From: Thermodesulfovibrionia bacterium
Lineage (GTDB): Bacteria; Nitrospirota; Thermodesulfovibrionia; UBA6902
Length of the DNA: 64,000 nt
NCBI GenBank assembly: GCA_038918635.1
Contig: JBCKZY010000002.1
Coordinates: forward strand, 6,591 to 70,590
Direction of reading: 5' to 3'
Shown piece after piece: positions 9,312 through 18,393 of this stretch. The position numbers and the translations under genes were made by a program. Position 1 is the first letter of the stretch. Each line of letters starts with the position of its first letter. The notes beneath the pieces were generated by a model that was not told the DNA's origin, searched no databases, and saw nothing but the letters and a program-made list of their open reading frames with translations.

Positions 9312-10766
9312 ATGACCAAACACTCGTCAATACAGAGAAGCGGTATATTTAAAAAGAAACTCGGCACACTTCTGCTATTTATTATCGACATATCAACAGT
9401 CTTTATCTCTCTGGAAGCCGCAATATTTCTGAGAAAGAACATACTCTCCAACTTCTTTAACTTTCCTGATTTTCTTTCACAAGGGTACATTGTTTTTGTA
9501 TGGGTCATCCCGGTGTGGCTGCTATTTTTTACATATGAAGGCCTTTACATAAAGAGGTTCTCTTTCTGGGACGAGGTTAAGGCGCTTTGGAAGGTAATAT
9601 TCTTCTCCACCCTTGCGGTATTCAGCATACTGTATCTCGGCAAAGCAGGAACCCAGGTCTCAAGGGCCGTTATCGTCTTAATGGCTGTCATATCTCTTCC
9701 TCTCCTGCCGGTTGTAAGGATTAATGCAAAGAAACTCCTGATGCACATGGGACTGCTGAAAAGCAAAGTGCTCATATTAGGCGCCGGAAAGACCGGGAAG
9801 CTGATACTGCACGCGCTTAAGAGGGATAGAAATCTTGCCTTTGACGTTGCGGGGTTTCTTGACGACGACCCTGAGAAGATAGGGAAGAAGCTGGACGGTA
9901 TAAAAATACACGGAAATGTGGATAAGGCCCCTAAATACGTAGGCAGATACGGCATTAACGATATTATCATCGCCATGCCGAGCTGTGAAAAGGAGAGGCT
10001 CTCCACGATAATCAACAGACTTCAGCACAAGGTCCATAATATCCTGTTTATCCCTGAACTGTTCGGTGTCGCGGTGCTGGGTACTAACTTACAGCACTTT
10101 TTTCAGGAGCAGGTGATAGGGCTTGAGATAACGAACAACCTTGCCTCCCCGGTCAATATATTCATAAAAAGGGTTTTTGACCTCGTTATCAGTTCGGCCC
10201 TGCTTATTATATTTATGATACCGATAGTCATAATCGTTATTCTGACCAGATTAAACTCTAAAGGGTCCGCGATATTCTCACAGGAAAGGATAGGCATGGA
10301 AGACAGGCCCTTTAAGTGTTACAAGTTAAGAACCATGTACAACGACGCTGAAGAGAGAATTAATGATCTGTTGGAGAATAATCCTGAGGCGAATTCTGAA
10401 TGGGAGAACCATTTTAAACTGAAGCACGACCCGAGGATCACAAAAATAGGCGCTTTTCTCAGAAAGACCTCACTTGACGAACTTCCGCAGCTATATAACG
10501 TATTCAAGGGGGAGATGAGCCTTGTGGGACCTCGCCCCGTCACTAGACAGGAAATTGATGATTACTACAAAGAGGCCGCAAAAATCTGTTTTAGCGTCCC
10601 TCCCGGCATTACCGGCCTTTGGCAGGTGAGCGGCAGGAGTAATACCAGTTACGAAAACCGTATAGCCCTTGATTCATGGTATGTCAGGAACTGGAACCTG
10701 TGGCTTGACATCGTTATTCTCCTTAAGACTGTAAGGATAGTTATAAAAAAAGAAGGCGCCTTTTAA
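9312..10766 (+). CDS. polyprenyl-phosphate glycosylphosphotransferase (WbaP/WcaJ-type initiating sugar transferase)
   Basis: 484 aa. N-terminal TM helices. C-terminal bacterial sugar-transferase domain (ERIGMEDRPFKCYKLRTM, TGLWQVSGRS). Confidence 0.85.
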   Translation: MTKHSSIQRSGIFKKKLGTLLLFIIDISTVFISLEAAIFLRKNILSNFFNFPDFLSQGYIVFVWVIPVWLLFFTYEGLYIKRFSFWDEVKALWKVIFFSTLAVFSILYLGKAGTQVSRAVIVLMAVISLPLLPVVRINAKKLLMHMGLLKSKVLILGAGKTGKLILHALKRDRNLAFDVAGFLDDDPEKIGKKLDGIKIHGNVDKAPKYVGRYGINDIIIAMPSCEKERLSTIINRLQHKVHNILFIPELFGVAVLGTNLQHFFQEQVIGLEITNNLASPVNIFIKRVFDLVISSALLIIFMIPIVIIVILTRLNSKGSAIFSQERIGMEDRPFKCYKLRTMYNDAEERINDLLENNPEANSEWENHFKLKHDPRITKIGAFLRKTSLDELPQLYNVFKGEMSLVGPRPVTRQEIDDYYKEAAKICFSVPPGITGLWQVSGRSNTSYENRIALDSWYVRNWNLWLDIVILLKTVRIVIKKEGAF

Positions 10767-10942
10767 TCTTTTGTACGCTCTCATGATTTACATGATATAA
10801 TATCTCTCCTTCTCAATCCACTGAACGGCAACTCTACTATACCCCACTCTGAATAGTACCAGTGCTGTAGAAATTTAGAGCATATTAAAATATAATGAGA
10901 TGTTATAGGTTGAGGTTAATTTTTGGAAACCGCTAAATAATA

Positions 10943-11929
10943 GTGATGACAACAACAGAAGAAAACAAGCCCCTTGTCTCAATAATCGTCAGGACCAAGG
11001 ACAGGCCCGAACTGTTACAGAATGCTCTAAGGAGTATCGCGTCTCAAACATACAGGCCTATCGAAGTCATCCTTATCAATGATGGCGGATGCAGTCTTCC
11101 TGTTGAAAAGTTACACGGGACACTTGAAGATATTTCTCTGAATTATATAAATCTGAAAAGGAATACAGGCAGGGCACATGCCGGAACAACCGGCATTGAG
11201 AATGCAGCAGGCGCATATACCGGTTTTTTGGACGACGATGATGAATATTATCCTGAACATCTTGAAAGTCTCGTCTCACGTCTTCAACAGGATAACTGCA
11301 AGATCGTATACAGCGCCGTTGAGTCAATCGATAAGAAAATTGAGGGGGGCAGGACACACCTTGATTGCAAAATCGTGTTTGCGAGGAAATTTTCATATGA
11401 AGACCTCCTTATTGCCAACTATATACCCCTCATTTCTCTGCTTTTTGAGAGTAATCTCCTTAAGACCTTGATGTTTGATGAATCTTTTGAACTGTATGAA
11501 GACTGGGATCTGCTTATCCGTGCCGGAGAAAACAATACATTCTGCTTTGTCAATAAGGTTACGGCCGCCTATTATCAGTGGAGTAATCTCCAGATAGCGT
11601 TTAAGAGTTCTCCGGAGGCGATAAAACAGTCCACGATACAAATATATCATAAGCACCTGAATAAATTTACCCCTTCATTAATATACAGGCTAAGTGCCGA
11701 GGAATGGATTCACAGACCTGAGGTCGCGGAGCTGAAGCAGACAATACACGATAAGGAAATGGAGATAAGGACCAGCGGGGAGAAGATACAGCTCCTTGAG
11801 GCGCAGGCAGTTGAAAAGGAAGAGGTAATTAACACGATCATTAATACAAAAGGATGGAAATATCTTGTACAATACAGACGGCTCAGGGACTGGATAAAAA
11901 GCGTCGTTTTATCCGGCAGGAAGGTATAG
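10943..11929 (+). CDS. glycosyltransferase family 2 with C-terminal coiled-coil tail
   Basis: VSIIVRTKDRPELL and DDDDEY (DxD) present. C-terminal heptad-rich segment ends in GWKYLVQYRRLRDWI. Confidence 0.8.
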   Translation: MMTTTEENKPLVSIIVRTKDRPELLQNALRSIASQTYRPIEVILINDGGCSLPVEKLHGTLEDISLNYINLKRNTGRAHAGTTGIENAAGAYTGFLDDDDEYYPEHLESLVSRLQQDNCKIVYSAVESIDKKIEGGRTHLDCKIVFARKFSYEDLLIANYIPLISLLFESNLLKTLMFDESFELYEDWDLLIRAGENNTFCFVNKVTAAYYQWSNLQIAFKSSPEAIKQSTIQIYHKHLNKFTPSLIYRLSAEEWIHRPEVAELKQTIHDKEMEIRTSGEKIQLLEAQAVEKEEVINTIINTKGWKYLVQYRRLRDWIKSVVLSGRKV

Positions 11930-13614
11930 TTTTGTGGATTTTGGATAAAAAAAAGTTTGGTGAATTAAGAAGGCGCCTGACAGGGTTGCCGGTTTTTTTG
12001 CATGAAGAAGATGAACGTTTTCTCCAGCGGTTCACCAGTTCTGAATGGACTGAGTATGAGCTGTGGTTATTCAGAAACCGCAACTTCACCATTCAGAAAC
12101 TCAAGAATATCTATAAAGAACTGAAAACGTTTAAGATGCAGCCCAGGATATCCATCATAATGCCTGTTTATAATCCTGAACTTTCCGAGTTCAAACAGAC
12201 CATAGATTCATTATTATGGCAGGCATACCCTAACTGGGAGCTCTGTATCGCAGATGATTCATCACGGAGTAAGGATTTTCTGAAGATTCTTCGTGAGGCA
12301 GGAGATAAGAGAATAAAGACGTCTTCTAATAACTCTCATTCCGGAATAGCGGGGGCCTCACAGTCCGCGCTTGAAATGGCTACCGGTGAATATGTGGCAT
12401 TCATGGATCAGGACGATGAGCTGTATCCGGACGCGCTTTATTCATTTATTAAAACCTTACAGAGCCAGGACATTGATTATTTTTACAGCGACCGGGATAT
12501 AATCTCTCCACAAGGAAAAAGATACATGCATTTCCTGAAACCGGGATGGTCGCCCGAGTACCTTCTTTCGTTTAATTATCTACGCCATCTTGAAATATAC
12601 AGTAAAAGCGTCCTTACAGATGTTGGAGGAATCAGAAAAGAATATGAAGGTTCTCAGGATTATGACCTTGCCCTCAGAGTCACAGAGCAAACCGATAAGG
12701 TCGTTCACTATCCCATGGTGCTTTACAGCTGGAGGCAGTCCGATAAAAGCATCGCAAGTGACACAGAAAAGAAATTATTTGTATACGAATCAGGAGTAAG
12801 GGCATTGAATGACGCGGCACAAAGAAGAAGCCTGCCTGTAAAAGAGGTTAAAGAAAGTACCGGTTTGTGGCGCGGGCATTACAGAATTATATGGGACAGG
12901 GATACATTAAACAAAGGCAGGATCTACCTCATCTCGGTTACACAAAACGCAACCGACGGAGATCGTATCAGGAATATTTTCAGAAGGAATACCGATATTC
13001 AGGATGCGGAAATCATCTCTACCGATGACCGGGTTGGGAGTGTTAAAGGAATAGTAAAAAAACTTCCCCCGGACTCGATTATATTTTTCTGTGACGATTC
13101 TGTTGAGGCAGTCGTTGAGGATGGATTTATTGATATGACCGGATTCCTGAGTATTGAGGGTGTTGGCGCCGTTGGCTGTAAATTCCTGGATCTATCCGAC
13201 AAGATATTCAATACCGGCCTGTCAGTTACGGAATCCGGCAGGATTTTATATAACTATAGAGGAAGCCACTGTTCCGAGCACGGTTACGGAGCCGGGGCAT
13301 CCGTTCCCCGAAACACATCTCTGGTATTTCCGGCATTCTGGGGAAGCAGGGCTTCAACTCTCAATGAATATGACTGCTTTAGCGGGTCCGGCAGCTTCTA
13401 CCATGCATCCATGAATTTTTTTCTGGAACTCATTAAATCAGACAGGCGGATTGTCTGCGTCCCTTATATGTGCCTGAGGATCGACAATGACCGGCTGCCG
13501 TATCATGACGATATAAAGGCCAGCACGGACAGGTGGATAAAAGAAGGATTAAAAGATAAGTACTATAACCCAAACCTGACCGATACAAATGAGGACTTCG
13601 GCATCAATGTATAA
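11854..13614 (+). CDS. glycosyltransferase family 2 (two-domain); start uncertain, alternative ATG at 12136
   Basis: ISIIMPVYNPEL and DQDDE DxD present. The 94-aa N-terminal extension overlaps the upstream gene by 76 nt. Confidence 0.7.
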   Translation: MEISCTIQTAQGLDKKRRFIRQEGIVLWILDKKKFGELRRRLTGLPVFLHEEDERFLQRFTSSEWTEYELWLFRNRNFTIQKLKNIYKELKTFKMQPRISIIMPVYNPELSEFKQTIDSLLWQAYPNWELCIADDSSRSKDFLKILREAGDKRIKTSSNNSHSGIAGASQSALEMATGEYVAFMDQDDELYPDALYSFIKTLQSQDIDYFYSDRDIISPQGKRYMHFLKPGWSPEYLLSFNYLRHLEIYSKSVLTDVGGIRKEYEGSQDYDLALRVTEQTDKVVHYPMVLYSWRQSDKSIASDTEKKLFVYESGVRALNDAAQRRSLPVKEVKESTGLWRGHYRIIWDRDTLNKGRIYLISVTQNATDGDRIRNIFRRNTDIQDAEIISTDDRVGSVKGIVKKLPPDSIIFFCDDSVEAVVEDGFIDMTGFLSIEGVGAVGCKFLDLSDKIFNTGLSVTESGRILYNYRGSHCSEHGYGAGASVPRNTSLVFPAFWGSRASTLNEYDCFSGSGSFYHASMNFFLELIKSDRRIVCVPYMCLRIDNDRLPYHDDIKASTDRWIKEGLKDKYYNPNLTDTNEDFGINV

Positions 13615-13623
13615 GGAGAGCAT

Positions 13624-14955
13624 TTGAACGAACCTGCAGTAATCATTATCATCGTTACCTATAACAAGAAGGAATATGTCACAGACCTGCTGAACTCACT
13701 TAAGGATATCGACTATAAAAACTATGATATCACTGTTGTGGACAATGCAAGCACAGACGGTACGGTGGACTCCATAAAAAAAGATTTCCCGTACGTTAAC
13801 GTTATCGCAAACCCTGAAAATACTGGGGGCTCAGGCGGATTCAATACAGGGCTGAGCTACGCGTTTAATATAGAAAAATACAAGTACTACTGGCTCCTTG
13901 ACAATGACGTCCGTGTTTCAAAAAACGCTTTAAGTGAACTTGTAAACACCCTTGATAATAACAGTGATATTGCGATCGCCGGTTCTCAGATGTGTCAGCT
14001 TGACAATCCGGAAGTGACGAATGAGATCGGAGCCTATGTTGACCTTCATTACGGCGGCCTTATCCTGAACAGGCATATGACAAGAAAGAGTAATAATTCA
14101 GAAGGGATCTTTGACGTAGACTACGCGGCCGCAGCGTCACTCCTGGTCCGGGCGGATGTGGCAAAAAAGGCTGGGCTCTGGGAAGATTTTTTTATCCATT
14201 TTGATGATGTTGACTGGTGCCTCCGTGTCAAAGAGATGGGCTACCGGGTTGTCAGTGTCGCTGATTCAGTTATCTGGCATCTGTCAGCAGCGGAAAAGCC
14301 GATTACCTGGCAGCAGTATTATGACACAAGGAACATGCTGTTCCTTCTTGACAAACACGCATCAAGAAGGGACGTTGCGCGGTTCGGCAGGAGAAAGGTC
14401 CTGCAGGCGATACATACTGAACTGAAAGGATTAACTCCGGTAGCTGAAGTCATTCTGGACGCAATAGATGATTTTCACAAGGGAGTAAAAGGGAAGAAGT
14501 CTTTTGATTTCCCGGAAAATATGGATAAAGAAGCGCTGAAGCAAACTCATCCTGACAGGGATGCATCGGTGGTCCAAAATGAATGGTTTGACCTGAAAAA
14601 ATTTCCCTTTGAGATGGCCTGCATGAATTCGATAAAAGAGATAATGATCGCTCCCTATCTCACGGACGCCAAACGCTATTGGGAAAACATCGGTAATGTG
14701 CCTTTACCGGGACCGGGGAAATACAGGAAACGGTTCCTTATGCTCATTGCCCTTTTAACAGGCTACAGAAGGTACAGCCGGTCATATATAGATATCAGAT
14801 ACATGCCGTACAGCGCCTCTTTTTTGTCCAGAGAACTTGCAGTAAATATTGGCGGGACAAGCTGGATCATCAAGAGAGATTACGCAACAACATGGAGAAC
14901 CCTTTCCCGCATTGTTGGAAGAAGCATAAAAAATTACGTTACGTTCTTATTCTAA
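13624..14955 (+). CDS. glycosyltransferase family 2
   Basis: IIIIVTYNKKEY and VVDNASTDGT present. TTG start preceded by aaggagag. Confidence 0.75.
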   Translation: MNEPAVIIIIVTYNKKEYVTDLLNSLKDIDYKNYDITVVDNASTDGTVDSIKKDFPYVNVIANPENTGGSGGFNTGLSYAFNIEKYKYYWLLDNDVRVSKNALSELVNTLDNNSDIAIAGSQMCQLDNPEVTNEIGAYVDLHYGGLILNRHMTRKSNNSEGIFDVDYAAAASLLVRADVAKKAGLWEDFFIHFDDVDWCLRVKEMGYRVVSVADSVIWHLSAAEKPITWQQYYDTRNMLFLLDKHASRRDVARFGRRKVLQAIHTELKGLTPVAEVILDAIDDFHKGVKGKKSFDFPENMDKEALKQTHPDRDASVVQNEWFDLKKFPFEMACMNSIKEIMIAPYLTDAKRYWENIGNVPLPGPGKYRKRFLMLIALLTGYRRYSRSYIDIRYMPYSASFLSRELAVNIGGTSWIIKRDYATTWRTLSRIVGRSIKNYVTFLF

Positions 14956-14968
14956 AAGGAATTCCGGA

Positions 14969-16069
14969 ATGAATTACGATTATCTCATTGTAGGAGCAGG
15001 TATAACAGGATCCACCATAGCAAGGGTTCTTGCCGAGGGAGAAGAGAAGGTATTGCTTATAGACCGCAGAGATCATATCGGCGGAAACTGCTATGACGAA
15101 TATGACAAACATGGAATACTTATCCATAAGTACGGCCCGCACATATTCCATACTGACCACAGGGAAGTGTGGGATTTCCTCTCGCGATTTACAGAATGGA
15201 GGCCATATGAACACAGGGTAAGGGCTTCCATAGGTGGAAGAACTCTGCCTTTTCCCATCAACCTTGATACAATCAATCGGCTTTATGACCTGAACCTTAA
15301 AGAGGATCAAATGGCCGGTTATCTTGACAGCATAAAGGTAAAGATTGACACAATAACTAACTCAAGAGACGTTGTTATTTCAAAGGTCGGAACCGATCTC
15401 TACGAGAAATTTTTTAAGAACTATACGCTGAAACAGTGGGGAATCCCCGCTGAAGAACTCCAGCCCGCTGTCTGTGAAAGGATACCGATAAGATTAAACA
15501 GTGACGACCGTTATTTTAGTGACAGGTATCAGCAAATGCCGCTTCACGGCTACACCGCGCTCTTTCAAAAGATGCTCGCCCATAACAATATCCACCTCCT
15601 GCTTAATACCGACTACTCTGACATTTCAAGGGACATTGAATACAAAGGACTGATTTATACCGGGACTGTTGATGAGTATTACAACTATTCTCACGGAAGG
15701 CTCGGATATCGTTCTTTGGATTTTGATTTTAAAAATATTGCAACCACCTCATTTCAGGAGGTTGCAGTGGTCAATTATCCCAACAGCCATGATTATACAA
15801 GGATAACAGAGTACAAAAAACTGACAGGACAGCAGTCAGACTCCACCACTGTCTCCTATGAATATCCATGCAACGAAGGGGACCCCTACTACCCCATGCC
15901 GACACCTGAAAACGCAAAACTTTATAAACAATATTATGAAGAGACAAAGGCATCTAAGAATGTTATTTTTGCTGGGCGGCTTGGCGCATACCGTTACATG
16001 AATATTGACGCGGCCTGTTTCGAGGGACTCAGGACCGCCGACAAGCTGCTGGCCTCAAAAAGCAGATGA
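14969..16069 (+). CDS. glf: UDP-galactopyranose mutase
   Basis: 366 aa. YDYLIVGAGITGS FAD-binding fold and GGNCYDEYD..HKYGPHIFHT present. Confidence 0.9.
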   Translation: MNYDYLIVGAGITGSTIARVLAEGEEKVLLIDRRDHIGGNCYDEYDKHGILIHKYGPHIFHTDHREVWDFLSRFTEWRPYEHRVRASIGGRTLPFPINLDTINRLYDLNLKEDQMAGYLDSIKVKIDTITNSRDVVISKVGTDLYEKFFKNYTLKQWGIPAEELQPAVCERIPIRLNSDDRYFSDRYQQMPLHGYTALFQKMLAHNNIHLLLNTDYSDISRDIEYKGLIYTGTVDEYYNYSHGRLGYRSLDFDFKNIATTSFQEVAVVNYPNSHDYTRITEYKKLTGQQSDSTTVSYEYPCNEGDPYYPMPTPENAKLYKQYYEETKASKNVIFAGRLGAYRYMNIDAACFEGLRTADKLLASKSR

Positions 16070-17004
16070 TCTCCCCTGCCTTGACAGCCATGAAAACAAT
16101 CACCACCAGCATCGTCTTCCTTAACTATAACAGAATAAATGAGACGCGCGTAACAGTTGAGAAACTCCTGCAGTGCCGGTCCGAGGTGAGTGGGATAGAG
16201 ATCATAGCTGTTGACAACGGCTCAACCGACGGGACCGGAGAATATCTCTCCGGGCAGGGTGAGGGCATAAGGACGGTGCTGCTCGACAGGAATTACGGGA
16301 TCGAGGGGTATAACCGCGGCTTTGAGATTGCCCGGGGCGACATCATAATTGTTCTAGACGATGATTCGCATATTGACGCAACCACGATCAAGAGGGTCGA
16401 AGGGTTATTTTCAGATGAACAGGGCATCGGGGTGATCGCGTTCAAGATACTGTTCGGCTCGGGTGAGCGGTATAACATATGGCATATCCCAGGAGTCGAT
16501 CGTTACGAAGACTCCTGCGCCTTTGTCGGGTGCGGATTTGCCATAAGGAAAGACCTGTTCAGAAAGATCGGTTTCTATCCCGGTGATTTTTTTCTGTACC
16601 ATAATGAGATATATGTTGCCATAAATATCCGGCTTCTCGGATACAGGATAGTCTTTGACCCCCTCTGTGTGGCCGTCCACAGGACCCTGGACCATTCGCG
16701 GGACCCGTCAAGAAGGATTTACTTCACCCTGAAAAATTCACTGAACCTGATATGGAAATATTATCCTCTTCCAGTAGCGGCATACATGTCCGTATCTAGA
16801 ATTATCATCAGTTTCAGTCATGCCATTTATCATCGCAAACCTGTTACCGCGGCGAAGGCATTGCGTGACTTCCTGACCAGCCTTCCCCTCAAAAGGAACG
16901 TGTTACCAAAAGAGCAAAGAGTTCCGTTACGTCCTTTTTTTTATCAGAACAGCATTCTTCACAGGATACCGATAGAACTGAAAAAAGATCATGCCGGATC
17001 ATGA
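16066..17004 (+). CDS. glycosyltransferase family 2 (candidate galactofuranosyltransferase given glf upstream)
   Basis: IVFLNYNRINET, IIAVDNGSTDGT and VLDDDS present. Overlaps the glf stop by 4 nt (ATGA). Confidence 0.75.
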   Translation: MISPALTAMKTITTSIVFLNYNRINETRVTVEKLLQCRSEVSGIEIIAVDNGSTDGTGEYLSGQGEGIRTVLLDRNYGIEGYNRGFEIARGDIIIVLDDDSHIDATTIKRVEGLFSDEQGIGVIAFKILFGSGERYNIWHIPGVDRYEDSCAFVGCGFAIRKDLFRKIGFYPGDFFLYHNEIYVAINIRLLGYRIVFDPLCVAVHRTLDHSRDPSRRIYFTLKNSLNLIWKYYPLPVAAYMSVSRIIISFSHAIYHRKPVTAAKALRDFLTSLPLKRNVLPKEQRVPLRPFFYQNSILHRIPIELKKDHAGS

Positions 17005-17129
17005 TAGTGCTCTTTATGCAATCTTCAGAGGCTCATGCAAGGCTTTTATAAAGAGATGGCTGAACAGCTGCCGAATCCATTTCGCGCCTACCACAGAGGT
17101 CATGAAAACAGAAGCCGTTGACATGTAAA

Positions 17130-17460
17130 TGCCCACGTTCAGGACACCTGAAGACTTCCGTTCATTTCAGGAAGGCAGGGATTCAATTGGTATTATACTA
17201 ATTAACGATAGATGGTATAGACACAGGATACAGGATGAAAAAAGTCTGTCATTTCCCGACAAGTCGGGACAGGCTTGGCTTCCGTTCTCCATAGCAGCCT
17301 ACTTCGCCGAAGTGCTACGAAGGCTGAACTACGAAGGATCAATGTCCAGTCGCCTCAGGCGACCCGCCGAGGCGGGAATCTTTCTTAAAGACAGGGAATC
17401 GATTCCGACGATCCCTGACAAGCAGGGACAGGCTCTGTCGGAATGACAGACTAACGGAAA
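17130..17460. repeat. intergenic hairpin-repeat module (CCCGA..TCGGG family); not protein coding despite a 105-codon ORF
   Basis: Hairpins cccgacaagtcggg and ccctgacaagcaggg. Shared blocks with 46440-46640 (ccgttctccatagca, cgaaggatcaat, ggatcgattc). Confidence 0.6.
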
Positions 17461-17488
17461 GAGTGGTAAGAATCGCTAAATTTGGGTA

Positions 17489-17869
17489 TTAATCTGTCTG
17501 TTTGATGTCTGATTTCCCCTCAGGGGATGAAGAGTCAAGGTGCTCTCTAAGGTATTTAAGCTTGCCTGCGAGGATATCTCGTATGACTTCATCAGGCGGC
17601 ATGCTGCCTTCCGTGATCATCTCTTCGAGATATGAGGCAAGCTCATTCTCAGGCATCTCCATTAATACGCCGGTAAGGTCAGTCGTGTTGTATTTATAGT
17701 GGCAGGGCATACAGGAATACTTTGCGAATTCAAGATATGACGTAAAGGTACTTTTTTGTAATCTCTTATTAAAATCTTCATCAGCGTATGAAGAATGCAG
17801 AAGAATAAATAACAAGACTACAGGTATAAACAATAACAATACTGTCGACAAAACTTTAATCTGTTTCAT
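17489..17869 (-). CDS. small membrane-anchored monoheme c-type cytochrome (candidate electron acceptor subunit of the GMC dehydrogenase)
   Basis: 126 aa. N-terminal TM/signal. Single CxxCH (CMPCH). Overlaps the upstream subunit gene by 4 nt. Confidence 0.5.
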   Translation of the reverse strand: MKQIKVLSTVLLLFIPVVLLFILLHSSYADEDFNKRLQKSTFTSYLEFAKYSCMPCHYKYNTTDLTGVLMEMPENELASYLEEMITEGSMPPDEVIRDILAGKLKYLREHLDSSSPEGKSDIKQTD

Positions 17870-18393
17870 TTCACTATAACCGGCTTGTCATAATTATCCC
17901 AAAAGGCACACATAACACCTGAATGAGAATATTCCCTGCCCCACAGACCGTAGCCAATATCTTTTAGCTTGCTAATTTCTTCATATATAATATCCAGTGC
18001 ACGGTCTGTATTATCAGAAATTGAACGGCTTTCAAGCATCTCAGAAACAACCTTCTCACCCTTTTTAATACTGAAAGACTGAAAAGAAGAGTGTTTTTTT
18101 AAAAACTCTCTCTTAAAGCCGCTATACATCCTTATTACTGCTTCTGACTCTTTCTCGCCCAGGTTTGATAATCTCCCTAAAAGGGGTTCCCTGTATCTAC
18201 CAAGCCCTGGTTTATTAAATGGAATGAGCACATCCAGAAATTGACTAAAACTATCCTCCCCGGTTACGGCAGTAATATCTGCATCATACTCAAGCACCTC
18301 ACGTGAGCAGCCCGTAATAGAAGCGACAAGAAACACAAGGACGGATTTTATAAATCCCCTTCTGGTCAATAATCTGCCGAACAGAAAGTCCAT
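17866..18393 (-). CDS. gluconate 2-dehydrogenase subunit 3-family small subunit with Tat signal
   Basis: 175 aa. RRGFIKSV twin-arginine motif. Start overlaps the flavoprotein stop by 1 nt. Confidence 0.55.
   Translation of the reverse strand: MDFLFGRLLTRRGFIKSVLVFLVASITGCSREVLEYDADITAVTGEDSFSQFLDVLIPFNKPGLGRYREPLLGRLSNLGEKESEAVIRMYSGFKREFLKKHSSFQSFSIKKGEKVVSEMLESRSISDNTDRALDIIYEEISKLKDIGYGLWGREYSHSGVMCAFWDNYDKPVIVK

Noticed and set aside
9167-9508. Minus-strand 113-aa ORF
   Set aside because: It overlaps the speB 3' end and the start of the well-supported sugar-transferase gene on the opposite strand, with no supporting signals.
17129-17446. 105-aa ORF in the ORF track
   Set aside because: Its sequence is made of the CCCGA..TCGGG hairpin repeats. 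The peptide-level repeats simply mirror DNA repeats. There is no RBS, and the same DNA recurs in non-coding contexts.
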